Positions 9,982 through 20,326 are shown, counted from the first letter of the stretch. The stretch is DNA of 64,000 bases from an uncultured delta proteobacterium (GCA_963787125.1 CAWBBV010000024.1:110114-174113), one strand, 5' to 3'. The notes: generated by a model not told the origin, from the letters alone. Numbers and translations are program-made.

Positions 9982-11355
9982 ATGCGAAAGATTTTTTTAG
10001 CAGCAGCCATGATGATGTTTCTCCAGTTAACAGTTAAAGCCGACGCTGCATCTATTTTTGTAGTGCCTGGCGGGAACGGTGTTTATTATGTGAGAGGCGT
10101 TGATTTCAATGAAATCGGTGGTGTTGAAGTAGAGATCCAGTATGACACTGCCACTCTCTCCAATCCCAGGATTACTCAGGGGGCAATGCTTGCATCAACA
10201 ATGTTTATCCCGAACACTAAGTTCAGCGCATCCTCAGTCAAGATTGCAGCAATGTCACTATCTGCTATCAAAGGCAGCGGTGATCTGGCAGTTTTAAACT
10301 TTGACCTTAAGGGTGGCGCACCTGGTTCTGTTTCAATTATTAGATCAAAGCTTGCTGCTGCGACAGGTACAGCTGTCAAGCATGACACACCGACAGCCCC
10401 TGTTAATACACCTAATGACCCAGGGGCAACACAAGCTGGTTACACCCCCACAACTGGCCAATCAAGCGGCTCCGCTACTGCAGGCGCCGCCTCTGGTGGA
10501 GTGTCTGGCGGAGTGTCTGGCAGTCCGTCAATAGGCACAATAACTCTGCCGCAGGACCAGCTTGCCTCAACAGACAAAAAGACCGAGTATCAACCTCTGG
10601 TGACTGACCTGCGCAAAGATATGACTATACCGCTTGGGGGGGCTGAGGCAGGACAGAGCAGTGTTGGTAAGCAGAAGGATAACAAGGGGAAAGAAGAGGA
10701 AAAGAAATTTGTCTCCTATAAAAGCGTGCAGCAGTTTTTCAAGGAGTTCAAGGGCGAAAAAACACCAAAGGATCTGATTGCCATCTTTGCAGATGCCCAG
10801 ATACCAGGGTTCACTCAAGAACCACCAATCGCCTTTACTGACGGTAAAACTCCGTTACGGCTCACTTTGGTGCTGAAGCAGAGCGGCAGCGAAGCCCCTA
10901 AATTCATCATGCAAGGGGCAAATATAAAGCAGTTGAGCGAGGAAGGTGAGGAGCTAATAACCTGGAATATAGACGCTATTCCCAGGAAAGACGCTGCAGA
11001 GGCAACGCTGACGATTATCGATGGTCAAATTATCATGGAGATTCCTCTGACGGTCACTGCCAAGATTGATCCTCTCCTGACAAAGGGTAAGGCACTTTCA
11101 GAAGCTGATTTTGCCCTCTATCTTAGTAAGCCGGCCAAGTTTGATCTTAATAAAGATGAGAAATTTGATGCGCAGGATGATTTTATTTACACGGCAAACT
11201 ATATCAGCGCCATGAAGATCAAACCGGAAAAACTGAGGAAAGAAGAGAAAAAAGAGCAGTCAAAGCCGGAAGTGAAAAGTGAGAAAACAACAGAACCTGC
11301 CAAGGCAAAGGATGAGAAGGGTAAAAGTGCAGATAAGCCTACTCTAAAGCCTTAA
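9982..11355 (+). CDS. Secreted cohesin-domain protein with dockerin/EF-hand-like C-terminal loop
   Basis: Signal peptide; EIQYDTATLSNP..GSGDLAVLNF cohesin pattern; DLNKDEKFDAQD loop. Confidence 0.6.
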   Translation: MRKIFLAAAMMMFLQLTVKADAASIFVVPGGNGVYYVRGVDFNEIGGVEVEIQYDTATLSNPRITQGAMLASTMFIPNTKFSASSVKIAAMSLSAIKGSGDLAVLNFDLKGGAPGSVSIIRSKLAAATGTAVKHDTPTAPVNTPNDPGATQAGYTPTTGQSSGSATAGAASGGVSGGVSGSPSIGTITLPQDQLASTDKKTEYQPLVTDLRKDMTIPLGGAEAGQSSVGKQKDNKGKEEEKKFVSYKSVQQFFKEFKGEKTPKDLIAIFADAQIPGFTQEPPIAFTDGKTPLRLTLVLKQSGSEAPKFIMQGANIKQLSEEGEELITWNIDAIPRKDAAEATLTIIDGQIIMEIPLTVTAKIDPLLTKGKALSEADFALYLSKPAKFDLNKDEKFDAQDDFIYTANYISAMKIKPEKLRKEEKKEQSKPEVKSEKTTEPAKAKDEKGKSADKPTLKP

Positions 11356-11382
11356 ATACAATTTGCCTCAAAGTTGGGAATT

Positions 11383-11421
11383 AAAGACCTCCGGAGGATC
11401 AAAATCCCGGAGGTCTTTTTT
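11383..11421. terminator. Probable bidirectional intrinsic terminator
   Basis: AAAGACCTCCGG..CCGGAGGTCTTTTT between convergent genes. Confidence 0.7.
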
Positions 11422-12256
11422 GTTCAAGAGCTGCAAGTATCTCAGAGGTAACCTGAAGGTTGCCACGTCCTTTGCCCATGAATAAACCTTCTTCAGTCCC
11501 GTGAAAATCGGAGCCTCCGGTTACTACAAGTCCCATAGAGTCAGCAAGATGGCGCAAGAATCCTTCATCGCCGTCAAATCCCATGGTGTTGAACGCTTCT
11601 ATGCCGCCAAGACCTCTTAAGCACATATCCCTGATGATCATCAAAAGCTCTTCCCGGCTGCGGGACATGCTCTGGGGGTGGGCGAGTACCGGCACTCCGC
11701 CGATCCGTCTGATCTCTTTCACCGCTTCATCGAAGGCCAGATATTCTTTCGGCACATTGCACGGTACAAGGTAATTATTGAAAGCATCCTGCATATTGGC
11801 TGCATAACCTTTTGCAATGAGTATCCTGGCGATATGAGGTCTTCCGAGAGATCCTTCTGCAAGCGCCATTACCTCACTGCTTTCTATCGGCTGCCTCCCT
11901 TCTGAATCAAGCTTGCTGTTTATCCTTTCAATTACGTGCAACCCCCTGCTTTCCCGTTTTTCACGGAAATGTGTCAGCAGGTCTACAAAGGCTTGATCTG
12001 AATGATCAATCCAGTAGCCGAGGATGTGGACATCGTGGTATTTTTCATATTCAACAGAGAGCTCTACTGCCGGAATTACTTTGATAGCGAATCTTGCCGC
12101 CGCGCTGATCGCTTCATCTATTCCGTCGATCGAGTCATGATCGGCAATTGCAATAGCCGATAATTTAGCATCAGCAGCCATCCTTATCAGTTCTGCCGGT
12201 TTAAATACGCCGTCAGATGAGGTTGAGTGTATATGCAAGTCTACAAGTTGTGCCAT
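11399..12256 (-). CDS. PHP domain phosphoesterase (YciV/TrpH-like)
   Basis: DLHIHS..SDG, ADHD, GRPH, LAHP, GGSDFHG. Confidence 0.9.
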   Translation of the reverse strand: MAQLVDLHIHSTSSDGVFKPAELIRMAADAKLSAIAIADHDSIDGIDEAISAAARFAIKVIPAVELSVEYEKYHDVHILGYWIDHSDQAFVDLLTHFREKRESRGLHVIERINSKLDSEGRQPIESSEVMALAEGSLGRPHIARILIAKGYAANMQDAFNNYLVPCNVPKEYLAFDEAVKEIRRIGGVPVLAHPQSMSRSREELLMIIRDMCLRGLGGIEAFNTMGFDGDEGFLRHLADSMGLVVTGGSDFHGTEEGLFMGKGRGNLQVTSEILAALEQKRPPGF

Positions 12257-12296
12257 TTATAATTCCTTATGTTTGCAGAAGGTTATGGAGATCGGG

Positions 12297-12950
12297 ATGA
12301 AATTTGATATTGATGCTGTAATTGCAATTCTAGAAGATGCAGTTGTTGTCTGGGACACTCCGGCAGTAACCATAATATCCCAACGGGATGGCGACCCGTT
12401 CAAGGTGCTGATCTCCTGTATCCTGTCGTTAAGGACAAAAGATACAACGACCGGACCAGCATCACTGAGACTTTTCAATCTTGCCGACACTCCGCAAAAG
12501 ATGCTGCAGCTCGATCAGCTGAATATTGAAGAGGCAATCTACCCGGTGGGTTTCTTCAGGAACAAGAGTGCGCAGATTTTGGAAATATGCCGATTGCTGC
12601 TAGAAAAATATGCCGGATGCGTTCCGGAGTCAATAGAAGAACTGCTCACATTCAAAGGGGTCGGTAGAAAAACTGCCAATCTTGTGGTTACGCTCGGCTT
12701 TAATAAACCAGGAATATGCGTTGATACCCATGTACACAGGATCTGTAATCATTGGGGCTACGTAAAGACTAAAACGCCGGAAGAGACCGAATTCAGGCTG
12801 CGAGAGATTCTTCCGGAACGATACTGGTTACGAATAAATGACTTGCTGGTGACATTCGGCCAGAATCTCTGCAAACCGGTTTCACCACTATGTTCACAGT
12901 GCCCGCTCTATATTTTCTGTGAGCGAAACAATGTTACAAAAAATAGGTGA
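12297..12950 (+). CDS. nth: Endonuclease III
   Basis: HhH GVGRKTANLV, VDTHVHR, FCL cluster CKPVSPLCSQCPLYIFC. Confidence 0.9.
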   Translation: MKFDIDAVIAILEDAVVVWDTPAVTIISQRDGDPFKVLISCILSLRTKDTTTGPASLRLFNLADTPQKMLQLDQLNIEEAIYPVGFFRNKSAQILEICRLLLEKYAGCVPESIEELLTFKGVGRKTANLVVTLGFNKPGICVDTHVHRICNHWGYVKTKTPEETEFRLREILPERYWLRINDLLVTFGQNLCKPVSPLCSQCPLYIFCERNNVTKNR

Positions 12951-13035
12951 GCCAATATTGCATTCTTCTATTAAATCTGTATAGTAACGGATCAGTTTAT
13001 AATGCTTTTAATCAATCTCTTCTTGGAGGTCGGTC

Positions 13036-13902
13036 ATGTTGAAAAAAGTTGGATTTCTTGGTCTGGGAACTGTCGGCAAGCATATGGCAATCAATCTTCT
13101 CAAAGGCAATTACGACCTGACAGTCTATGATTCTGACAGGTCAGTCGCAGCCGAACTTGTAGTCCTTGGCGCGAAGCTTGCTAATACCCCGCGTGAGGCT
13201 GCCAAAGGGATGGACATAGTTCTTCATATCCGCCCGGAGAAAGAGCGGCTTAGGCCAGATATCTACGGCGATGACGGTATTTTTGCAGGCATTGATCCTG
13301 GTACAATTCTGGTGGATATGGGAACCCATTCGCTGGAAAGCACTCTTGAGATCGCCGATGAAGCTGCCAAACATCGCGTTCAGTTTCTGGATGCACCGGT
13401 CTGGGGAACAAAGGAGCATGCTGCCAACGGGCTGATTACCATACTGGCAGGGGGCGATTTGTCAACTATTGGCCGTTGTCGGGAACTTTTTTCTCACTTT
13501 GGACTCAGCATTATTCATGTCGGCGCGGTTGGCGATGGAACCAGGATGAAGTTTATAGTCAATCTGGTTCAAGCCGAGCTGCTTCAGGCTCTTTCTGAAG
13601 GACTGGTCTTTGGAGAGAAAATGGGTTTCTCAGCGGATAAGATTCTCGAAGTGCTTGATTCTGGCGGAGTTGCTTCACCACTTTTCCATTCAAAGGGGCG
13701 AACAATGGCTAGAGGCGATTTTACCCGTAATCTTGCCCTCAAATATGTCCATCAGCAGCTTGAACTGGTTCTTGATCAGGCCAAGAAGCTTGAGCTTGAT
13801 CTTCCCGGCGCAGCCTGTGCCTGTAGCCTCTACGAGCAGGCCGATAAGGATGGCAGAGGCGAAGAGGATTTTTCTGCTGTTATCAAGGTTCTCAGGAAAT
13901 AG
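13036..13902 (+). CDS. NAD(P)-dependent beta-hydroxyacid dehydrogenase family protein
   Basis: GFLGLGTVG Rossmann motif, FLDAPVWG, catalytic K in MKFIVN. Confidence 0.85.
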   Translation: MLKKVGFLGLGTVGKHMAINLLKGNYDLTVYDSDRSVAAELVVLGAKLANTPREAAKGMDIVLHIRPEKERLRPDIYGDDGIFAGIDPGTILVDMGTHSLESTLEIADEAAKHRVQFLDAPVWGTKEHAANGLITILAGGDLSTIGRCRELFSHFGLSIIHVGAVGDGTRMKFIVNLVQAELLQALSEGLVFGEKMGFSADKILEVLDSGGVASPLFHSKGRTMARGDFTRNLALKYVHQQLELVLDQAKKLELDLPGAACACSLYEQADKDGRGEEDFSAVIKVLRK

Positions 13903-13923
13903 CGATTCGAAGTCAGCTTATAC

Positions 13924-13956
13924 AAAAGGACAGTCTAAAGCGACTGTCCTTTTTTT
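13924..13956 (+). terminator. Intrinsic terminator
   Basis: AAAAGGACAGTC-loop-GACTGTCCTTTTTTT. Confidence 0.8.
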
Positions 13957-13998
13957 CGTAACTGGTCTCAGATAAATTATGAAGGAGATTTGCAAACA

Positions 13999-15675
13999 AT
14001 GAGTATAGATCCGAACAAAGTAATTTACTCAATGATGAGGGTTTCAAAGTTTTACGACAAAAAACCGGTCATTAAGGACATTTCCCTTTCCTATTTCTAT
14101 GGGGCTAAAATAGGTGTCCTTGGTCTGAACGGCTCAGGTAAAAGCTCTCTTTTGCGAATAATGGCCGGAGTTGACAACGACTATAACGGCAAGGCTGTCC
14201 TGTCCCAAGGCTACTCTGTCGGCTTTCTTGAGCAGGAGCCAAAGCTTGATGAAGCTAAAAACGTCAGGCAGATTGTGGAAGAGGGGTGTCAGGAGACCGT
14301 TGATCTACTGGCAGAGTTCAACGCCATCACTGACAAGTTTTCCGAGCCGGATGCTGATTTTGAAAAACTCTGTGATCGTCAGGCTGTACTTCAGGATAAA
14401 CTTGACCATTTGGATGCCTGGGATCTTGATGCAAGGCTTGAAATGGCGATGGATGCTCTCCGTTGCCCAGATGGTGATGCTTCTGTGAAAATCCTGTCAG
14501 GCGGGGAGAAAAGACGTGTTGCTCTCTGCCGCCTTTTGTTGCAAAAACCTGATATTCTCCTGCTTGATGAGCCTACCAATCATCTTGACGCCGAAACTGT
14601 GGCCTGGCTTGAGCAGCATCTACAGAGGTATGAAGGGACTGTCATTGCTGTTACTCATGATCGTTACTTTCTTGACAATGTTGCCGGTTGGATCCTTGAG
14701 CTTGACAGAGGCGAGGGAATCCCCTGGAAAGGAAATTATTCATCATGGCTGGAGCAGAAACAGAACCGGCTTGCCACAGAAGAGAAACAGGAGAGCGATC
14801 GTCAGAAAACTCTGCAAAGAGAGCTTGAATGGATAAGGATGTCACCAAAAGGGCGTCATGCCAAGTCACAGGCGCGTATTACAGCTTACGACCAGCTGGT
14901 CTCGCAGGAAACTGACAAGTTGGCCAAAGATCTGGAGATTTATATTCCATCAGGTCCGCGGCTCGGTGATGTCGTCATAGAGGCTGATTCAGTCTCAAAA
15001 GCCTTTGGTGATCGGCTCCTCTTTGACTCCCTCTCGTTCAGGCTCCCAAAAGGTGGCATCGTCGGCGTAATAGGGCCAAACGGTGCAGGAAAAACTACCC
15101 TTTTCAGGATGATAACAGGTCAGGAAGTCGCTGACAGTGGCACTTTCAAGGTTGGTGAGACCGTGAAAGTTGGATATGTGGATCAGAGTCGGGATTCGCT
15201 TGATGCAGAAAAAAATATCTGGGAGGAGATTTCGGAAGGTGCTGAGCAGATTCAGCTGGGTAAGATATCCGTCAACTCAAGAGCTTATGTGTCCAGATTT
15301 AATTTTTCCGGCGCTGATCAGCAGAAAAAGGTCGGAATGATTTCCGGAGGGGAAAGGAACAGGGTTCATCTCGCTAAAATTCTAAAAGAGGGGGCAAATG
15401 TGCTGCTTCTTGACGAACCAACCAACGATCTTGATGTCAATACCATGAGAGCTCTTGAAGAGGCATTGGAGAACTTTACCGGCTGTGCCGTGGTCATCAG
15501 TCACGACAGGTGGTTCCTTGACAGGATAGCTACCCATATTCTTGCTTTTGAAGGTGAGAGTTCTGTGGTCTGGTTTGAAGGTAATTTCTCAGAGTATGAA
15601 GAAGATAGAAAAAGACGACTTGGTGCTGCGGCTGACCAACCCCACCGGATCAGATACCGCTCTCTGACAAGATAG
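13999..15675 (+). CDS. ettA: Energy-dependent translational throttle ABC-F protein EttA
   Basis: FYGAKIGVLGLNGSGKS, two ABC domains, RELEWIR..PKGRHAKS linker. Confidence 0.95.
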   Translation: MSIDPNKVIYSMMRVSKFYDKKPVIKDISLSYFYGAKIGVLGLNGSGKSSLLRIMAGVDNDYNGKAVLSQGYSVGFLEQEPKLDEAKNVRQIVEEGCQETVDLLAEFNAITDKFSEPDADFEKLCDRQAVLQDKLDHLDAWDLDARLEMAMDALRCPDGDASVKILSGGEKRRVALCRLLLQKPDILLLDEPTNHLDAETVAWLEQHLQRYEGTVIAVTHDRYFLDNVAGWILELDRGEGIPWKGNYSSWLEQKQNRLATEEKQESDRQKTLQRELEWIRMSPKGRHAKSQARITAYDQLVSQETDKLAKDLEIYIPSGPRLGDVVIEADSVSKAFGDRLLFDSLSFRLPKGGIVGVIGPNGAGKTTLFRMITGQEVADSGTFKVGETVKVGYVDQSRDSLDAEKNIWEEISEGAEQIQLGKISVNSRAYVSRFNFSGADQQKKVGMISGGERNRVHLAKILKEGANVLLLDEPTNDLDVNTMRALEEALENFTGCAVVISHDRWFLDRIATHILAFEGESSVVWFEGNFSEYEEDRKRRLGAAADQPHRIRYRSLTR

Positions 15676-15691
15676 CAACAGTGAGGTTATA

Positions 15692-16624
15692 GTGGCTGGA
15701 AAACCTAATAAGTTAAAGCAGTCTCGCAGCTCAGGGTCAACTTTCAGGTGGTGGCACCTGGTTATACTCATTGTTTTGATTACAGCCCTGTTCCTTTTTC
15801 TTGAACGACTTAAATCAGCTTATCAGAAAGGGGCAGGGCAGAAGCCATCGGTCGAAAGTACAGGGCCACTGGTAATAGTTACTCCTGACCATCAACAGAA
15901 AAGCTATACAACCGTTTATCCAGCTACCAAAATGCCGGCTGCTCCAGCAGCTCGCCATCTTTCGGGCACTATGGCTATAATTGTAGATGATATGGGGAGC
16001 AGTCTCAAAGAAGCAACTGAGCTGCTTGCCATTGATATTCCGTTAACCTTTTCAATAATACCTGGGCTGGCCAAGGTTAAAATTGTTGCTGAGGCGATAA
16101 AGTCTGCTGGCCGCGACATTATGGTGCATATTCCCATGGAGCCACAAGGGTACCCGCAGCAGAGGCTGGAGGCAAATGGTCTTCTGGTTTCTCTTTCTGA
16201 TGAGGAGATCACTTCAAGAACAGTGTCAATGCTAAACGCTCTACCAGATGCTGTCGGCGCCAATAATCACATGGGGTCACGTTTTACAGAGCATAAAGAG
16301 AAGATGTTGCCAGTGCTGCAGGTGTTGAAGGGCAGGGGACTGTTTTTTATAGACAGTCGGACTACCCCTAAGTCTACAGGTTATGCCGAGGCTGGGCGTA
16401 TGGGGTTAAAGTCTGCCACGAGAAATGTATTTCTGGATAATAAGCAGGATGTTGCAGCGATAAAGAAACAACTTTACGTTGCCGCAGAGATGGCGAAGAA
16501 GAGTGGTGGGGTGATTGCGATCTGTCATCCCCATCCTGCAACTATTGCGGCTCTCAAAGAGGCGCTGCCTGAACTGCAGAGAGCCGGGGTGAAATTTGTT
16601 GCTGCAAGTGAACTTGTCAGGTAA
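15692..16624 (+). CDS. Divergent polysaccharide deacetylase (YibQ family)
   Basis: AIIVDDMG, HIPMEP, NNHMGSRFT, FIDSRT, IAICHP. Confidence 0.9.
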   Translation: MAGKPNKLKQSRSSGSTFRWWHLVILIVLITALFLFLERLKSAYQKGAGQKPSVESTGPLVIVTPDHQQKSYTTVYPATKMPAAPAARHLSGTMAIIVDDMGSSLKEATELLAIDIPLTFSIIPGLAKVKIVAEAIKSAGRDIMVHIPMEPQGYPQQRLEANGLLVSLSDEEITSRTVSMLNALPDAVGANNHMGSRFTEHKEKMLPVLQVLKGRGLFFIDSRTTPKSTGYAEAGRMGLKSATRNVFLDNKQDVAAIKKQLYVAAEMAKKSGGVIAICHPHPATIAALKEALPELQRAGVKFVAASELVR

Positions 16625-18059
16625 AAGATGCCGCAGCTTTTGCTTTCATAGCGACAAAACTTCTGTACTGATCTTTCTGTAGGATCTCCTCAGGAAACTC
16701 TGGACTCACCGGTTGAACCAGAACAAAAGCATCCCTGAAACTGTTGCCGTATCCTGCAAGTGTTGCTGACATAAGTGTGTAGAGTGGGCATTTTTCATCA
16801 TGAAACATGCCGCCGGCGTGCTCCCTAAAGTTAAGGACTCTGCTGGTAAGAACTTTGCCACTGTTGTCCAGTCGTCTGAACTCAACCAGATTTCCACCGC
16901 TAGTCTCAATTACTCTGAAAGCGAAGAATGACTTTCTTGCCGATTCTATAAGCAGCAAGAATGTTGGATCATCATGATTTATCTCTCCCTTCATATTGAA
17001 AACAGAAGATGCCAGCAGCCGCAAAAAACAGTCATTTTCAAGGAATCCAGACTCGCTATTGTCTGAAGTTTCAAAGAAGTAGCCGGTATTTGCTGTCGTA
17101 TCATTCAGAATATCTTTACCACAGAAAAGACACTCTTTTTTTACTCCACCCATCTTTGCGATAAAAGCATCTTTCTCCCGCTGGTTTTCTGACGACATCC
17201 ACTGATTAAAGAGAAGTGACCGCGGTTCTCCGGTTTTACTGTAATCTTCAAGGATCTCCCGTGCCAGAGCGGCAAACTGGCCGTGAACGTCAGTCCCCTT
17301 GCCGTGAGTAAGAATAGGGTAAATCTTGCCGTCAGGGTTTGTATTGAGACTCTCGACTTTGGGGCTTTTTGAGATATAGACATCGTGACAGCGATAACCT
17401 CTGTTAATGGCAAACGCCCGGAGCAGGGTTTTCTGGTCGGCGAACATACCGTCAAACTTTATCCTCTCATCAATAAGGCACGGTACAAGGACCAGGCTCT
17501 TTTTATCAAGTCCGCGCTTGTCGAAAAGTGAAAAGATGTTCTTGCAGTTCTCAAGGCTCGGCATATCCTTAACCGGGATTAGTACCCTGTCTGCAGCATA
17601 GAGAGCATTTTCTGTTAGTGTTTCAAGGTCAGGCCTTGTGTCAATAATGAGAATTCCGGGAATATCCGAGACAGCAAGATGTCTTGCTATGTCCATCGGA
17701 CTTTTTATCTGGCTTTTTTCTTTTGTCAGGTTAGCGGATGACGATATGAAATTAACCCCATACTGGCCTGTCTGGAGAAGATCCGCACCTTTCTCACCGG
17801 TTATGAAATCTGCAACTGTCTTGGAGGGAAGTAACTGCCTGATAGTAAACATCTTGTCAATAGTGAAGTGGTTATCGAAAGATAGGATAGTTACGGGGAT
17901 GTTTTCATTGAGTGCTTTCAGGAAAATAGCGAGATTAGTCGCGAGTGTAGTTTTACCAACCCCACCTTTTTCCGAGGATACTGTTATGACGTAAGGGAAA
18001 TTTTTAGGTTGGATATTTTGATCTTCCATCTGAGCCGCCGATAAACCGCCATATTCCAT
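16617..18059 (-). CDS. ParA/MinD family ATPase with C-terminal extension
   Basis: Deviant Walker A SEKGGVGKTT; IIDTRP; extra ~200 aa with CLFC. Confidence 0.85.
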   Translation of the reverse strand: MEYGGLSAAQMEDQNIQPKNFPYVITVSSEKGGVGKTTLATNLAIFLKALNENIPVTILSFDNHFTIDKMFTIRQLLPSKTVADFITGEKGADLLQTGQYGVNFISSSANLTKEKSQIKSPMDIARHLAVSDIPGILIIDTRPDLETLTENALYAADRVLIPVKDMPSLENCKNIFSLFDKRGLDKKSLVLVPCLIDERIKFDGMFADQKTLLRAFAINRGYRCHDVYISKSPKVESLNTNPDGKIYPILTHGKGTDVHGQFAALAREILEDYSKTGEPRSLLFNQWMSSENQREKDAFIAKMGGVKKECLFCGKDILNDTTANTGYFFETSDNSESGFLENDCFLRLLASSVFNMKGEINHDDPTFLLLIESARKSFFAFRVIETSGGNLVEFRRLDNSGKVLTSRVLNFREHAGGMFHDEKCPLYTLMSATLAGYGNSFRDAFVLVQPVSPEFPEEILQKDQYRSFVAMKAKAAASFT

Positions 18060-18108
18060 GAATAAAAACAGCCATTCAGATAGTTATCTAAATGGCTGCT
18101 ATTATTAG

Positions 18109-18195
18109 TGGTGCCGAAGACTGGACTCGAACCAGCACACCCTTGCGAGCACAAGAACCTGAATCTTGCGTGTCTACCAATTCCACCACTTCGGC
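18109..18195 (-). tRNA. tRNA-Leu(CAG)
   Basis: GCCGAAG..CTTCGGC ACCA acceptor; anticodon arm CAAGA-TTCAGGT-TCTTG; long variable arm. Confidence 0.97.
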
Positions 18196-18243
18196 GCGGA
18201 AATATTATCTATCATGAAGAGCACTCATCCTGCAAGAACTTTT

Positions 18244-19023
18244 TCATTTATTGAGGGGTCGTTTGCGGAATGGGGCAGGTCTTGAGGGTTGCTCAGGATG
18301 CAGTACCGTGTTAATACCAACAAGCATTTTAGCTTCCGCAGGCTCAAGGAGCCTGTATTCGCCGGTTTTTAACTCTCCGAGGAGGATGTTCCCATAGCGT
18401 ACTCTTTTGAGCTTGACGAGGGGGAGATCTACAGCTTCACACATTCTTCTAACTTGCCTGTAACGGCCTTCATGAATAGTCATGGTAAACCAGACATTTT
18501 TTTCAAGAACTCTGACAATTTCGATTTTGGCAGGAGCTGTCAATCCGTCTTCAAGCTTTACCCCACTGGTGAGAAGGGTAATTTTGTCACTACTAAGGGC
18601 ACCGCGAATCTTTATAAGGTATTCTTTTTCGACTTCATGGCTTGGGTGAGCCAGGCGATTGGCCCACTCACCGTCATTTGTCAGCAGCAGCAGTCCTTCA
18701 GTATTAAAGTCAAGTCGGCCGACCGGGAAGAGTCTCTCAGGGATACCTTTCAAAAGTTCTGTAACCACAGGACGTCCGCTAGGGTCAGCCATCGTAGTCA
18801 CATAGCCGGCAGGTTTGTTCAAGAGCAAGTAAATCCTCTTTTTGGGGACAGAGATCGGTTTTCCGTCAACGGTAATCTTGTCAGTTTCAGGGTCAGCCTT
18901 GCTGCCGAGTTCAGTAACAATCTGTCCATTGACTGACACTCGGCCGGCAGTGATCATGACTTCTGCTGAACGTCTTGATGTTATTCCTGCGCTGGAGATT
19001 ATTTTCTGCAATCTTTCTTGCAT
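18244..19023 (-). CDS. rluB: 23S rRNA pseudouridine synthase (RluB/RsuA family)
   Basis: S4 domain ERLQKIIS; PVGRLDFNTEGLLLLTNDG. Confidence 0.85.
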   Translation of the reverse strand: MQERLQKIISSAGITSRRSAEVMITAGRVSVNGQIVTELGSKADPETDKITVDGKPISVPKKRIYLLLNKPAGYVTTMADPSGRPVVTELLKGIPERLFPVGRLDFNTEGLLLLTNDGEWANRLAHPSHEVEKEYLIKIRGALSSDKITLLTSGVKLEDGLTAPAKIEIVRVLEKNVWFTMTIHEGRYRQVRRMCEAVDLPLVKLKRVRYGNILLGELKTGEYRLLEPAEAKMLVGINTVLHPEQPSRPAPFRKRPLNK

Positions 19024-19104
19024 GAGTTAAGTATCCTTGAAAATAAGAAAGGCTCAGTTCACTCTGCCCGGATTGGAACTGAGATGAAAAGAGCCTGTTC
19101 TAAT

Positions 19105-19181
19105 TGGTGGCGGTGCAGGGACTTGAACCCCGGACCTAGCGAATATGAGTCGCTTGCTCTAGCCAGCTGAGCTACACCGCC
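19105..19181 (-). tRNA. tRNA-Met(CAT), probably elongator
   Basis: GGCGGTG..CACCGCC ACCA; anticodon arm AGCGA-CTCATAT-TCGCT; G1-C72 pair argues against initiator. Confidence 0.9.
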
Positions 19182-19193
19182 GAAATTTTAAAA

Positions 19194-19270
19194 TGGGGTG
19201 GCCAGAGGGGATCGAACCCTCGAATGTACGAGTCACAGTCGTAAGTGTTAACCGCTTCACCATGGCCACC
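19194..19270 (-). tRNA. tRNA-His(GTG)
   Basis: G-1 GTGGCCA..TGGCCAC CCCA; anticodon arm TACGA-CTGTGAC-TCGTA. Confidence 0.95.
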
Positions 19271-19333
19271 ATAAGTTGAATTTGTCAAAGGTCTTTGCTA
19301 GCGCCAATTGCGCTGCGAAATAAACAAGAAATC

Positions 19334-19362
19334 CTTATATCCAAGAATAGGCTTTTTGTCAA
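19334..19362 (-). promoter_or_regulatory. sigma70 promoter for tRNA-His/Met-rluB
   Basis: TTGACA-N17-TATAAG on minus strand. Confidence 0.7.
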
Positions 19363-19512
19363 TCCAATATTTTGATTTTATGTGAATGTTTTATTTCATG
19401 CTGAGTCAGAAATTGCTACTCTACAATGATTGTTCTTGCAAAACCCAGACTAATAGTTTAATAGAATCCACGGTATTGAGGGATATTAATAGCATGCATT
19501 CTCTGTTTGCGG

Positions 19513-19540
19513 TTGACAAATCCAGCCGTTTAATTATACT
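19513..19540 (+). promoter_or_regulatory. sigma70 promoter for yceD-rpmF-fab operon
   Basis: TTGACA-N16-TATACT. Confidence 0.7.
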
Positions 19541-19573
19541 ACACGTTTAAAATAACCTGGATAGGAAACTGAA

Positions 19574-20110
19574 TTGAAGATTCGGGTCGCTGACATATCG
19601 GATAAGGAGAAATCTCTAGTAGCAGTTGAGGCCATAACTTTTTATCCCACGCTGGTGCAAGCTCAGGACGCTGGCGAGTGTCAGTTTCTTTCGCCAATAA
19701 ACACCTCATTGTCAGTTGTGCGTGAGTTTGATCATATTCGTCTTCACGGGTCTGTTGCCACAACTGTCAGTCTGACATGTTCAAGATGTCTGGCTGAGTA
19801 CACACCTGATATATCTTCAGTGTTTACTATTTTTTATAGTAAATCTACTACTGCGCAGCCAGAGGTTGAAGTTGAACTGGGCGAACAGGATCTTGTTTCA
19901 GTAACATATTCAGGTGACGAGATAGATTTTTCCAATGAAGTTGCCGAGCAGATACTGCTTGAGCTACCCTACAAACCATTATGCTCCGAAGAGTGTAAGG
20001 GTTTGTGTCCTTCATGTGGAACCGATCTTAATATTTCAGACTGCAAATGCAGCAAAAAAGCAGTCTCTATGGCATTCAGCTCTCTAAATGAGTTGAAGGT
20101 AAAACATTAA
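19574..20110 (+). CDS. yceD: DUF177/YceD family protein
   Basis: CSRCL and PYKPLCSEECKGLCPSCG motifs; upstream of rpmF. Confidence 0.9.
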   Translation: MKIRVADISDKEKSLVAVEAITFYPTLVQAQDAGECQFLSPINTSLSVVREFDHIRLHGSVATTVSLTCSRCLAEYTPDISSVFTIFYSKSTTAQPEVEVELGEQDLVSVTYSGDEIDFSNEVAEQILLELPYKPLCSEECKGLCPSCGTDLNISDCKCSKKAVSMAFSSLNELKVKH

Positions 20111-20122
20111 AGGAGAAAATTT

Positions 20123-20305
20123 ATGGCAGTACCCAAGAAAAAGACATCCAAGTCGCGCAAAAATATGAGAAGGGCTCACGATTTTCTGACCCCTCAGTCT
20201 GTTTCAACCTGTCCGCAGTGCAAATCTGCCAAGCTGCCCCACCGTGTATGCCCAACTTGTGGCACATATAAAGGCAAAGAAGTAATTAAAACCGAAGAAG
20301 TTTAA
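20123..20305 (+). CDS. rpmF: 50S ribosomal protein L32
   Basis: [19 protein letters not shown]; zinc-ribbon cysteines. Confidence 0.98.
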   Translation: MAVPKKKTSKSRKNMRRAHDFLTPQSVSTCPQCKSAKLPHRVCPTCGTYKGKEVIKTEEV

Positions 20306-20326
20306 TCCCATCTCTGCACAGCATAT

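Noticed and set aside
18061..18110. tRNA-Leu 3' end as an integration site
   Set aside because: No duplicate tRNA 3' end or integrase seen in the window; only a terminator-like hairpin follows
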